A stretch of 64,000 nucleotides of DNA from a virus (IMGVR_UViG_3300021255_000131:1-64000); one strand, 5' to 3'. Shown: positions 50,658 to 59,755, numbered from the stretch's first letter. The notes: a model not told the origin generated them from the letters alone. Numbers and translations are program-made.

Positions 50658-53452
50658 ACTTCCTCCTTGCGGCGCAGACGTTCTTTGACTTTGCTGGCGC
50701 GTTTAACAAGCTTCCTGTGCTTCGCCTGGCATTCCGGGCAGCGCTTTTGCCGACCATTGAGCCGGTGGCACCACTTGCCGCACTCGACACAGGTGAAGAA
50801 CCCTTTGACTGCGGCGGAACAGCCGTGCTCTTCCGTCCAGACGGGCAGCTTTATGCCGCAGTGAACGCAGGTAACGCAAGTCATGAGATTCAGCTTGAGA
50901 TTGCGTAATGCAATGTCTCCAAACACACGCCAGAACATTTGCTTATGCGCGGCTTTATCTTTTCCGTCGCCGACGAACAGGGTGTACGCGATGGACGGAT
51001 ACGCGGCTTCAATGCTGCCGCACAGCTCAGTGAGCTTATCTGTAATCAGTTCTTTGAGCGCCTCATAGCCGAAGGCGTTGTACATTTCCATAACGTCCAT
51101 CATGGACGCTCCGTCAATTCTGGATTGCAGATTGCTGTCATCGAGCCGGGAAAAAAGTTCAACGGCTTCTGTGTTGATCTCCGTGACCGGAGCTTCCAGA
51201 AACATCTCGCCGTTGAAGGGTGGAACGCCTACTGCGTTTAAGTTGATGTTGCCGATATTATCAAATAAAGCGCAAAGCCTGTTCATGGTAGAATTGTTGG
51301 CTTTCGCGCACTGCTTCTTCTTTTTCGTCGTGTCTGCATGGCGGCCGTTCTTGGAGAACTGGAACCAGTAAGGCATCTTACCGTTCGGGCCGCCGATTGC
51401 TTTATTGATTTTCGCAGAGACTTCCGGATAATTGGTATAACCGTTGACGGAACCTGTTTTGGCCCCGTCGATCGTGAGATTGTTGAAGTAACACAAAAGC
51501 GCGGCAGACTGTAAATCAGGATGCGGTCTGTTCCAAAGCCTGGTCAGGGCGTTTGAAATCTGGCCGATGCCACTGTAGTCATGCGCGCGCTTGACCCCGT
51601 GAAACAATGTTTCAAGGGAAATCTGTTCGGACGCGGCCTTGGTCGCGTCATAGAACAGGGGAACGATATCATACTCTTGAATGTTTCGCTTGGCGTTGTC
51701 GATCAGAATACGGTCTGAGACAACGTTGAGCTGATCTCCGTCTACATCGAACTGAAGAATTCTTGATATCAGATCATGACAGCTGGTGTAAATGCCGTTC
51801 GTGTAAAACCACGAGGCGATTTCCGGATCGTGATTGACGGTGCGAATCGCATGCTCGTTGAAAAGATGCGGACTCCTTAGAACATCTACCTCGTCTACAT
51901 CCCTGAACGGACGGGCAAAGACTTCGCCGTTTTTCAACAAACCTTCCGGCTCCTTCTGACCGAGAAACCAGTATTGGCAAGCGGCATACAGATCCGGAAT
52001 GGCAAACAGGCGTTTGTTTTTACAGCGTATTTTGCCGGACTTGGCGTCGAGCGTCCAACGCTTTTTGATTGCCTTCAAAGACTCTCTGGAATAAGCTTCG
52101 CGCAACAGCTCCGGATATAAAGTAAGCGCCTGACGATACGGGACTTCCGAATAATCGTCGGCGCCGAGCGCGTGAAGCATGTGTTCCCGGTCGTTCGAGA
52201 GGCTTTTGATCCGATCGTAGGTAGGCCTGACAAACTCCTTCAGCTCATTCTGTGGAAAATTTTGAAGCGTTTGAATGAACTGATAGTTGAGCTCGCTGTT
52301 GCCAATGTACGCCTCTTCCATGTTGGTGCGGCCAAATGTACAGCCGCAGGTCTTGAAGAAGGATTTGTACTCATCCCAGCTGTCGTAGTACTTCCACAGC
52401 TTGAGTTGTGACTTGGTGAAGACGACCTGTATGTCTTCCGCGCGGAGATCGTGCATCTGACCCCAGACGTCTTTCAGCTTTGCCTCGCAGCCGTTTTCCT
52501 CGCAGAAGCGTAGAAAATTAAAACTGCACAATAGGCCCTTTAAAAATGGACCTCGTATCATGAAATTCCATCTGGATACAGAAGGCAGCATCATGCCCGC
52601 GCCGTCACAATGGTTGATAACGACGGTCCGTTCGCCGCGCTCGATGGTGTAATCCGGACTGATATAATCCATCAGGCCGGTGACGGGAGCTTCAAAGTCG
52701 TCCACGACGATGCAGCGGTCAATATCGAGCGGGTAAGGATCCGTTGCCGAGCATGGCAGGGCCAAATACGCCATGAGCTTACTCGTATTAATTCCACCCC
52801 GTTCGTTGATGCGCTCCCAGCTGAGGCCGCACATAATGCGCGGCTCGATTCTTGACCAGGCGTCGTCTGAGAGAAACTGCACCTTGTCCGTTCTGAGCTG
52901 GCCGGCCGAAGCCGTAGAAAAGCGATAGCGTTTGACGGAAACGGAGCCATCCTCGTTCAGCACAGACATATTAAAACCCTGAAGGATGATCTGTCTTAAG
53001 ATATCTTCTGATTTCCACTTGATGATAATCTTGTCGAAGGTGATGTCGTTTTCGTTCAGGCCGAGGGCGCGGGTTTCTTCTGATACGAACTCGGCGATGC
53101 GGCGGTTGGGTTTGAGCGTTTTCCACGTGACGCCCGGCGGGCGTTCTGGAAGCGTTGGATCGAGGACGGCGCTGAGATTCACCGTCCGGGGGACATGCTC
53201 GTGCGAAGCGATGAGCTTGGCGAGAGCGTTTTGCTGTACACGTTTTTCATTGACGATTTCCTGACGGTTAGGTACGGTATCATTCAGCATGCGTTTCAAA
53301 CGGGCGATGTTGAAGAAAATCACGCGCTCCTCGTCAGTCAGCAGATCGTACGTAGAGAAACTTGCGAGGCGGATTTGACTGCTCAGATAAGATTTGTTAC
53401 TCGTGAAACCACCTCTTTTGAAAAGTAAAGCGGCATGTGCCGCTGGGTGCAT
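50633..53452 (-). CDS. YonO-like single-subunit two-barrel DNA-dependent RNA polymerase
   Basis: 'ASAGQLR', 'HCDGAGM', 'IRGPFLKG', 'LRSPHL' and catalytic 'LQFDVDGD', as in the SPbeta YonO/RdRP-like family. C-terminal Cys-rich Zn ribbons. Start uncertain (~53405-53452). Confidence 0.85.
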   Translation of the reverse strand: MHPAAHAALLFKRGGFTSNKSYLSSQIRLASFSTYDLLTDEERVIFFNIARLKRMLNDTVPNRQEIVNEKRVQQNALAKLIASHEHVPRTVNLSAVLDPTLPERPPGVTWKTLKPNRRIAEFVSEETRALGLNENDITFDKIIIKWKSEDILRQIILQGFNMSVLNEDGSVSVKRYRFSTASAGQLRTDKVQFLSDDAWSRIEPRIMCGLSWERINERGGINTSKLMAYLALPCSATDPYPLDIDRCIVVDDFEAPVTGLMDYISPDYTIERGERTVVINHCDGAGMMLPSVSRWNFMIRGPFLKGLLCSFNFLRFCEENGCEAKLKDVWGQMHDLRAEDIQVVFTKSQLKLWKYYDSWDEYKSFFKTCGCTFGRTNMEEAYIGNSELNYQFIQTLQNFPQNELKEFVRPTYDRIKSLSNDREHMLHALGADDYSEVPYRQALTLYPELLREAYSRESLKAIKKRWTLDAKSGKIRCKNKRLFAIPDLYAACQYWFLGQKEPEGLLKNGEVFARPFRDVDEVDVLRSPHLFNEHAIRTVNHDPEIASWFYTNGIYTSCHDLISRILQFDVDGDQLNVVSDRILIDNAKRNIQEYDIVPLFYDATKAASEQISLETLFHGVKRAHDYSGIGQISNALTRLWNRPHPDLQSAALLCYFNNLTIDGAKTGSVNGYTNYPEVSAKINKAIGGPNGKMPYWFQFSKNGRHADTTKKKKQCAKANNSTMNRLCALFDNIGNINLNAVGVPPFNGEMFLEAPVTEINTEAVELFSRLDDSNLQSRIDGASMMDVMEMYNAFGYEALKELITDKLTELCGSIEAAYPSIAYTLFVGDGKDKAAHKQMFWRVFGDIALRNLKLNLMTCVTCVHCGIKLPVWTEEHGCSAAVKGFFTCVECGKWCHRLNGRQKRCPECQAKHRKLVKRASKVKERLRRKEEVCITTSPL

Positions 53453-53484
53453 CCGCGCTGACTTTTGCGCGGATGTAGGAAATA

Positions 53485-53680
53485 TTGAAAACCGGAGGCA
53501 TCGTCTCTAAGTTGTTCTACTCCGAGGATCGTTTCGGCGGTGGCTGCCACCAGGCGTAGCCTTGGTGGCAGCCTGAGCCGAAACGAGCCGAGAAATCGTA
53601 ATTTAAGACGAAGCTCCTGATGACATCAAGAGTGCTAAACCCGCAGGTAAAGCCAGTGCACGATGCCTCCGGTTGTTCAA
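53485..53680 (-). ncRNA. Retron-type msr/msd ncRNA, located 3' of the RT gene
   Basis: Terminal inverted repeat AACCGGAGGCATCGT (53490-53504) / ACGATGCCTCCGGTT (53660-53674), extended by TTGAA/TTCAA. Unpaired G at 53659. Short msr-like stems, then a long msd-like hairpin at 53529-53586. Confidence 0.78.
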
Positions 53681-54832
53681 TCAGTTTGCATAACGCAATG
53701 CTTGTTTAATCATTACGTTTTTGTCGTACCACCAGATGTGAAACTTCCCTTTGGTATGATCGAACACATGCTTGGTGAATTCTGGTTCGATATAGCTGTA
53801 GTAGCTCCAGCGGCCGATGAAAGATTTGACCCAATCTTTTGACAGCGTTCCGCGGAAATTCTTGACGAAGTTGTACATATCCGCTTTGAAGAGCCGTTTC
53901 ACCTGATGGCCGATGGTGATCTTGTGATCGGCGTTCAGCATGTAGCCGAGATTCCAGTTCGCGCCTTTGATGCTGCCATATCTGGTCTTTTTGCTGTTCA
54001 GTTTATAAGGATAGCCCAGCCTGAACAGGAGACCAAGGACATCGTGGTGGATGATGTATTGTTTGACGTGGCTGAAGTCGCCATAGCCTGAGATCAGACA
54101 ATCGTCCGCGTAGCGGGTGTAGACATAGCCCGATCCCAGGACCCTGGTCAGCTCATAATCAAATGGGATCATGATCAGATTGGTGAGCATGGGGGAAAGC
54201 GTTGTGCCCTGCGGCAAACCGCCACGCAGGAACGCGTAGCTCAACGCCTTTTCGAGCTTTGCTTTTCTGGCCGGATCCTGCATAAATGTATTGAACGGCC
54301 AAATTGCGCCCAGAATATTCATGACTGTCGCGAGCGAAGTCGAGCCAAAGAAATCATGAAAATCGGTCTTCAGGAAGTAACTGCTGTTCTGATGCCGCTG
54401 GATGCACTTGTAGGTGTTGCGATAGCGGACGTAAGCGTAGGCCGCGCTGTGATACAGCGCGAAGAACCGCCTGCGGAGAATTTTCTCGATTTCTTCATGA
54501 ACTTTTCTGAGCTCAGGCTTGGGATCATCGATGGGCCTGACGCCGCCGGAACGCTTTGGGATGGTGTAATGCTTGTACCAGCTTTCCGGATCGCCGGTGA
54601 CGGTTTTCTCCGCCAGATCGATCACGGCGTCGAGCGCGGTCTCGGCCGCTTCCGCGTCAAAAAGGTAGGAGAATTCCTGCGGGACGGTGTTGGTTTTGAT
54701 TGTTTTCGTCGCTGCGGAGCCGTACATGAAGTTGCTTTCAGCGCCCGGAATCTCAGGATCAGTGTCCATCAGAAGAGACATGTATATTTGTTCTTCGTTT
54801 GTTTTGCCAAAGAGGCGCCGCGTAATGTACAT
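53681..54832 (-). CDS. Retron-type reverse transcriptase
   Basis: 'YTIPKRSGGVRPI..P..L', 'AYAY', 'CIQRH' (region X position), 'KTDFHDFFGS', 'LPQGTTLSPMLTN', 'YTRYADD', 'NSKKTR' and 'NLG' (region Y position). 383 aa with no evident maturase or endonuclease domain. Confidence 0.9.
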   Translation of the reverse strand: MYITRRLFGKTNEEQIYMSLLMDTDPEIPGAESNFMYGSAATKTIKTNTVPQEFSYLFDAEAAETALDAVIDLAEKTVTGDPESWYKHYTIPKRSGGVRPIDDPKPELRKVHEEIEKILRRRFFALYHSAAYAYVRYRNTYKCIQRHQNSSYFLKTDFHDFFGSTSLATVMNILGAIWPFNTFMQDPARKAKLEKALSYAFLRGGLPQGTTLSPMLTNLIMIPFDYELTRVLGSGYVYTRYADDCLISGYGDFSHVKQYIIHHDVLGLLFRLGYPYKLNSKKTRYGSIKGANWNLGYMLNADHKITIGHQVKRLFKADMYNFVKNFRGTLSKDWVKSFIGRWSYYSYIEPEFTKHVFDHTKGKFHIWWYDKNVMIKQALRYAN

Positions 54833-54842
54833 TTTAACTCCT

Positions 54843-55514
54843 TTACAGGGCGAGAACGTCCCAGGTTTCCGTATTGATCAGGATGGTTTTCTTGATGGTT
54901 TTCTTCTTGACGAAGTCAAGAAAGTTGACGACGCCGCAGGTGACGATCATACGAACGGTGGCGGCGACGCCCAGTGTGACGCGGCACGCGGACATCGGCG
55001 TCTCCTGTGCCGCTTCCTCATGCGTGAATTGCATTGAAGCGATGAACGCTTCTTTCTGCTTTTCATTAGACCAGTCCGCCGCGTAATGCTGCGCGTCGGT
55101 CAGGCGTGTTCTGAAATCGAACATAGCCTTGATGAACGGATTGCTCTTGTTCTCTTCAGCAATCTTACGGCGCAGCTCGATATTATCAACGCAGAGGAAG
55201 ACATAGCCGCTCAGCTTCTGATTGGTGTAGCCTTTGTCCGCGACGCGCAGAGATTCCGCGATTTCCGGGTTAATGGCCACAAGATGATCAGCCAGGGCTG
55301 TCACCTTTTCTTTGCCGATGTCCGCCGAAGTAAACATCTGGTTAACGATGTTCTTGGGCTCAACGTAATCGAAATCATAGAGCGTGATGTCCTTGAGCCC
55401 GTAACGAACAAGCAGCTCCGCAAGCGTAGAGCCTACGGAGCCGCAGCCGATGATATGGATACGGCCTTCCGCCATGGAAGGCTGAAAGAAGTCATAGCTT
55501 TTCGACAGATCCAT
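54843..55514 (-). CDS. E1/ThiF-family adenylating enzyme
   Basis: 'IIGCGSVGS', 'DFDYVEPKNIVNQ', 'CVDNIELR', and candidate catalytic Cys in 'MSAC'. Confidence 0.92.
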   Translation of the reverse strand: MDLSKSYDFFQPSMAEGRIHIIGCGSVGSTLAELLVRYGLKDITLYDFDYVEPKNIVNQMFTSADIGKEKVTALADHLVAINPEIAESLRVADKGYTNQKLSGYVFLCVDNIELRRKIAEENKSNPFIKAMFDFRTRLTDAQHYAADWSNEKQKEAFIASMQFTHEEAAQETPMSACRVTLGVAATVRMIVTCGVVNFLDFVKKKTIKKTILINTETWDVLAL

Positions 55515-56344
55515 TACGAATAACTCCTTCCGTACGGATAGCCGCGACCGTAAGGCGCCGTGCCATCGTCAAAAAGATCGTCGTAATCTTCGTACGGGTC
55601 CTCAGCGGCCTTTTTTTGCTTTTCCTTTTCCTTTTTCTCTTTCTTTCCGCCGTTGATAACCGTACCTGTAAAGACCGTTTTTTTAACCCTGGCCTGCGCG
55701 GCCTGAATGAAACTCGTTTTGGTGTAGGTGTTGTCCGTGCCGCCGTAGTCGAACACGATGGAGAGATCGATATCCTTCGTTTCATACATGACGTTGTTCG
55801 GGATATCGTAGATAGCGCTGCTGATTTCACCCTTCTTGTTCCAGATCTGGAAAATCCAGGCTTTATCAGGATCAGACGCCTTCATCAGATTCGCTCGGTG
55901 CGTCATATCGGTCGAGGAAGGGAACACGGCCATATTGACATGACTGTGACCGTGAAAGAACATATGATCCGCCTGGTCCTGTGTGAGATGCTGCAGGAAC
56001 ATCGGGTAGCTGTTTTCGCCCTCGTAGACGGTGTTGACGGTCGTGCCGGTCACCTCCTGATCGTACACGAGGACGTCGTAGACGAGCCAGGTTCTGTCGC
56101 TGGTCTTGCGTACCAGGGCGTGCCAGCCGACCTCAGAATCGAATTTCTGAACGAGCAGCAGCATCTTGATGTACGCTTCCGCGGAATATGAGATGGTGGC
56201 GCGTTCTTCCGGCAGCGCGTCGCGGGACGCGAAGCTACGGGTGAAGGTGAAGTGTCCGTCGGACAGACGAGCCGTCTCGAGCTCCTTCAGGAACTCCTGT
56301 CTCATTTTCTCTTTATCGGCTTCGGTAATTGTAATCGGTTTCAT
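55514..56344 (-). CDS. JAB/JAMM metallopeptidase
   Basis: 'SEVGW' Glu plus an exact HxHx7SxxD (HSHVNMAVFPSSTD). Charged, low-complexity tail. Confidence 0.88.
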   Translation of the reverse strand: MKPITITEADKEKMRQEFLKELETARLSDGHFTFTRSFASRDALPEERATISYSAEAYIKMLLLVQKFDSEVGWHALVRKTSDRTWLVYDVLVYDQEVTGTTVNTVYEGENSYPMFLQHLTQDQADHMFFHGHSHVNMAVFPSSTDMTHRANLMKASDPDKAWIFQIWNKKGEISSAIYDIPNNVMYETKDIDLSIVFDYGGTDNTYTKTSFIQAAQARVKKTVFTGTVINGGKKEKKEKEKQKKAAEDPYEDYDDLFDDGTAPYGRGYPYGRSYS

Positions 56345-57693
56345 TTCTGCTCCTTCAGTTTCTCCAACGCTTCTTTTGCGTTATATTCGTTGCCGTCCTT
56401 GTCGATGAGGACTTTTTCTTTCTTGGTGGTGGCGAAGAGCCGCTTCATAAACGGGATAAAGGTGACGCCTGTCTCTGCCAGGTTGATAGACTGGCAGGAC
56501 GCGACGCACTGCTCAATGGCGCCGATATAGTTGCTGTTGCGGATCGCCGTTCTGATCGGGTCGCGGTAAGAACCGAGACACTGATGATATTGCAGATGCG
56601 GATTCGGAAGATACTGACGGGTCAGCTCTTCCGGATATTCGTAATTGCGGAAGACGGCCACGTCCGTGTTGAGCGCGTATATGGCGCACAGACGAATGCG
56701 GAAAACCGGATCATCCGAGAAGATCGCGTCCATCAGGAGTTTGCGGTCTTCTACCTTGCAGAAAGGCGGATCGGCGGTCATACGGTAGATAGAGCCGTTC
56801 GAGGAGGCACGGCGATAAAAGTCCAGGTCGAACCAGTCTGCGGTCGTCTTGACGTAGAATTTGATGGTGCCGTCGGAAACGTTGACAAGCTGAAGGTTCT
56901 TGTGCCGCTTGAAATAATCGACAAGCTCGGTGCTCTCGTTCTTCGGTCGGGCGAGCAGGGCTTCATATTTAATCGTCGCGTCGTTGACCTTCTGCACCAG
57001 GCGGGCGTATTCGGCGACATTATCTTCGAGCGCCGCCCGTGCGACCCGCAGGGTGTTGTTGGTTTCATCAATACTGCGTTCGAGCTCGACGTTGGCGAAG
57101 CGCTTAAGCAGGACTTCGTTCAGCTCGTTCTCAAGACCGGACTGACGGACCAGCTTCGCGATCATGGACTCGAAGTCTCCAGAGGTGCGCTTGGTCATGG
57201 AGAAGCATAACTTCTTCTCGTCATCGGTCAGCGGCTTTTCATCAAATGGCGTTTTGATAAACAGCGGGAGCAGCGACATAAGCATGTGCGTCTTGCGGGT
57301 ATCGAGCTCCTGCGAGAAGACGACCGCGCTGTTGATATCATGGTTGACGAAGATCTGGCAGCTCAGCCATTTCGAAAGATAGTTTTCGGCCTTTTCGAGC
57401 TTGGTGTAGGCGGGATGCGACGCGGCGAACGAATCGTCGGTCGTGTGAACGATATTGAAGGATTTCGGCAGCTGCGTGTCCGGGATCGGCCACGACTCCT
57501 TAATGCTTCTGAGGGTCAGGGTTTCGTCTTCCGGCAGCCTGTTAAACAAAAGAATCCTTGCCGTCGCGAGGCATGTGCTATCATCCGAATCGAACGGGTA
57601 ATGTTTATCGACGCTGATTCTGCTGAGGATTCCGTGTTCGTTGCCGAACGTGTCGGTCAGGCCGCGGACGGTATTGAATGTTGCGCTGAACAT
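56341..57693 (-). CDS. Coiled-coil protein with C-terminal prokaryotic E2-like domain
   Basis: 'LPNPHLQYHQCLG' resembles the E2 HPN..CL(G) active-site region. It lies between the Ubl and JAB genes. Confidence 0.65.
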   Translation of the reverse strand: MFSATFNTVRGLTDTFGNEHGILSRISVDKHYPFDSDDSTCLATARILLFNRLPEDETLTLRSIKESWPIPDTQLPKSFNIVHTTDDSFAASHPAYTKLEKAENYLSKWLSCQIFVNHDINSAVVFSQELDTRKTHMLMSLLPLFIKTPFDEKPLTDDEKKLCFSMTKRTSGDFESMIAKLVRQSGLENELNEVLLKRFANVELERSIDETNNTLRVARAALEDNVAEYARLVQKVNDATIKYEALLARPKNESTELVDYFKRHKNLQLVNVSDGTIKFYVKTTADWFDLDFYRRASSNGSIYRMTADPPFCKVEDRKLLMDAIFSDDPVFRIRLCAIYALNTDVAVFRNYEYPEELTRQYLPNPHLQYHQCLGSYRDPIRTAIRNSNYIGAIEQCVASCQSINLAETGVTFIPFMKRLFATTKKEKVLIDKDGNEYNAKEALEKLKEQK

Positions 57694-57714
57694 AGTTACT
57701 CCTTTTGTTTAAGA

Positions 57715-57741
57715 GGCTGCCGCGAGTAAACCGCGGCAGCC
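57715..57741. other. Intergenic hairpin between the Ubl and E2 genes
   Basis: GGCTGCCGCG-AGTAAAC-CGCGGCAGCC. It may attenuate downstream expression or stabilise the Ubl mRNA. Confidence 0.5.
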
Positions 57742-57749
57742 CTGAATGA

Positions 57750-58364
57750 TTACTGAATGGTGATGAAGCCCTTGATCTTCTCCTGATCCGCGTGGATGGA
57801 CGCGACGGCGTCAGCGAAGTTCTCCTCGATCTTGTTCAGATAGAGCAGGCCCATGCCGATCTTGTCGGTCAGCTGGGCTTCGATATCATTGTCGCGGTCG
57901 ACGCACATTGTGATGGTGGCGTAGCCTTCCTGGTTCGTGGCCTCGGAGAAGGTGGCGCCCTTATCGTTGATAGAGCCGGAGGAGCGGGTGGTCACGTCGA
58001 TGCCGAAGAGCTGCTCGTTCTTCTTATCGTCCTTGTAGAGCTTCAGAGCCTCGGGGCGATACTTCTTCGCGAGCTGAATATCCTCGAGCTTCAGCGCGGA
58101 GGTGACGACAGCGGCTTCACCGATAACGGTCACGGTGGCGGCGTTATCCGCCTTCACGACGACGGACAGGTAGCAGGCATCCTCGATACCGTGCTGCGCG
58201 AATGTCTTATCGAGATCGCCGGGACGCAGGGAGCATCCGTCGATCTGGGTCATGCCGACGGAATAGTTGACGCGGTTCTCGTCGAGAACTTCGCGGACGG
58301 TGGCGTCTTCAGAAACGTTGATGGTTTTGCGGCCGGAATTGGTGATGAGGGTGATCTGGATCAT
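57750..58364 (-). CDS. Ubiquitin-like (beta-grasp) domain fused to a ~130-aa C-terminal domain
   Basis: Start MIQITL after AAGGAG. 'ITLITNSGRKTINVSEDATVREVL..IDG..L...DLDKTFAQHGIEDACYLSVVVKADNA' follows the Ub-fold pattern. Confidence 0.72.
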   Translation of the reverse strand: MIQITLITNSGRKTINVSEDATVREVLDENRVNYSVGMTQIDGCSLRPGDLDKTFAQHGIEDACYLSVVVKADNAATVTVIGEAAVVTSALKLEDIQLAKKYRPEALKLYKDDKKNEQLFGIDVTTRSSGSINDKGATFSEATNQEGYATITMCVDRDNDIEAQLTDKIGMGLLYLNKIEENFADAVASIHADQEKIKGFITIQ

Positions 58365-58562
58365 TGTGTTTTCTCCTTTTTTTGATCGATAGTGAATTAA
58401 TTTGATTTTTTGTGCGGCAAAATACACCGCGCGGCAACAATACGCGCCGCCAAAAATATATGTGGTTGTTCAGATGATGGTCAGGCGCTCGGGCCGGCTC
58501 TCACCTTAATCATGCGCTGCCTCCTTTCCTGTTGGCATAAAGATATAAACGGAACGCTCCGT

Positions 58563-58895
58563 TTACAGCAATGAAAGAAATTCCGCGGGATCCGCTTCGA
58601 GCTCGTTCATTTCCGACTCCGAAAGCAGCATCCAGTCTGCCCAGTTGTATGCCCGGTTGAACTGTTTTCTGTGTTCCTCGTTCGGGTCGATGCACGACAA
58701 TGTGTAGGTTCTGGCATTTTTATACGTTATCTCGCATTTGTATCCCGCGAAAGTTGTCATTTCCGGAACAACGGATGGGCTGCGATGGGATTCGATGATA
58801 TCCGGATGGATATAGACGACGCTGCCCTCTTTAAAAAGTTTGGTGCCCTCTCTCTCCTTGCATCTTTGATTTGCAAGTCCTTCAAAGTTGAGCAT
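58563..58895 (-). CDS. Small SH3/KOW-like protein with EFLSLL tail
   Basis: 'LFKEGSVVYIHPDI..VVPEM..FAG...IT...Y.L..W.DWML'. Confidence 0.7.
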   Translation of the reverse strand: MLNFEGLANQRCKEREGTKLFKEGSVVYIHPDIIESHRSPSVVPEMTTFAGYKCEITYKNARTYTLSCIDPNEEHRKQFNRAYNWADWMLLSESEMNELEADPAEFLSLL

Positions 58896-58896
58896 A

Positions 58897-59103
58897 TCAG
58901 CCTCCGAGCATTTGAAAATGCTTCTTCTCTGTCGTCGTGTCTTCCGGCACCTTTCTGAGCTGCGAGGCGCGGAAGTATCGCTTTCCTCCCAACTGGTTGC
59001 GGCAGGTGTAATAAACGTCTCCGTCCTGTCCGGTGTCTATGACCTCGTAAATGTCACCGGTGGCCACGTATAAAACCGCATCTCCGTTCTGATACCTTCT
59101 CAT
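58897..59103 (-). CDS. Small SH3-like protein
   Basis: 'YQNGDAVLY..GDIYEVID..YYTC'; ends HFQMLGG. Confidence 0.6.
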   Translation of the reverse strand: MRRYQNGDAVLYVATGDIYEVIDTGQDGDVYYTCRNQLGGKRYFRASQLRKVPEDTTTEKKHFQMLGG

Positions 59104-59387
59104 ACAAGCATTCCTTCAAATTCTTCGGCCGTGACGGGGTCTTCCGTTTCCGGTGGGACAAACATGTAATCGGCCCAGTAAAACGGGCATTCCTCGAGCG
59201 TGTATGAATCCGGATGCACGTGTTGAATGGTCATTTCCTGGCCTCGGTAGTCGAGCATATCGCTGACGACGGACGGACCAAAATCGAGATCGTCGGTCAG
59301 GTCCGTTCTGACGACAACTTTATCGCCGACCTGAAACAGATCGGCATTGGCATGTTCCAAACAATATTCATCTGTCAATTCAGGCAT
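59100..59387 (-). CDS. Small SH3/KOW-like protein with EFEGML tail
   Basis: 'LFQVGDKVVVRTDL..VVSDMLDYRGQEMTI..YTLEE..WADYMF'. Confidence 0.75.
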   Translation of the reverse strand: MPELTDEYCLEHANADLFQVGDKVVVRTDLTDDLDFGPSVVSDMLDYRGQEMTIQHVHPDSYTLEECPFYWADYMFVPPETEDPVTAEEFEGMLV

Positions 59388-59444
59388 ATTTGCTCCTTCA
59401 TGAATCGTGTTGTTAGAAAAGATCTCCTTCGTGATATCCGGCGT

Positions 59445-59741
59445 TCACAGCAGCATGGCTTCAAACTCAGTCATGGAAACGTCTTCTTCGGGCGGTACCA
59501 GCATATAATCCTGCCAGTAGTAGGTTCGTATACGACAATCTTCGCCGCTCAGACGATAATAGACACCCTTTCTCTGGGCGACGAAGGCTGGTTGTCCCGA
59601 CAACTCGGTCATTAGCTCAGTGACGACCTTGCCATACGGCATCCTTTTTATCAGGTCCGGTCTGATGACAACGGCGTCTCCGACCTGAAACCATTCCGCT
59701 TTGCAGTGCGCTTGACAATAATCCGGTGTTAATTTTTCCAT
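59445..59741 (-). CDS. Small SH3/KOW-like protein with EFEAMLL tail (paralogue of 59100..59387)
   Basis: 'LTPDYC..H...WFQVGDAVVIRPDL..YYWQDYMLVPPE'. Confidence 0.75.
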   Translation of the reverse strand: MEKLTPDYCQAHCKAEWFQVGDAVVIRPDLIKRMPYGKVVTELMTELSGQPAFVAQRKGVYYRLSGEDCRIRTYYWQDYMLVPPEEDVSMTEFEAMLL

Positions 59742-59755
59742 TGTTACCTCCGAAA

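Noticed and set aside
53681-54832. RT as part of a diversity-generating retroelement or group II intron
   Set aside because: No avd or TR/VR pair is seen. The RT has PQG/YADD with retron-type spacing, no maturase or endonuclease extension, and no intron domain V or interrupted gene. The adjacent RNA is msr/msd-like.
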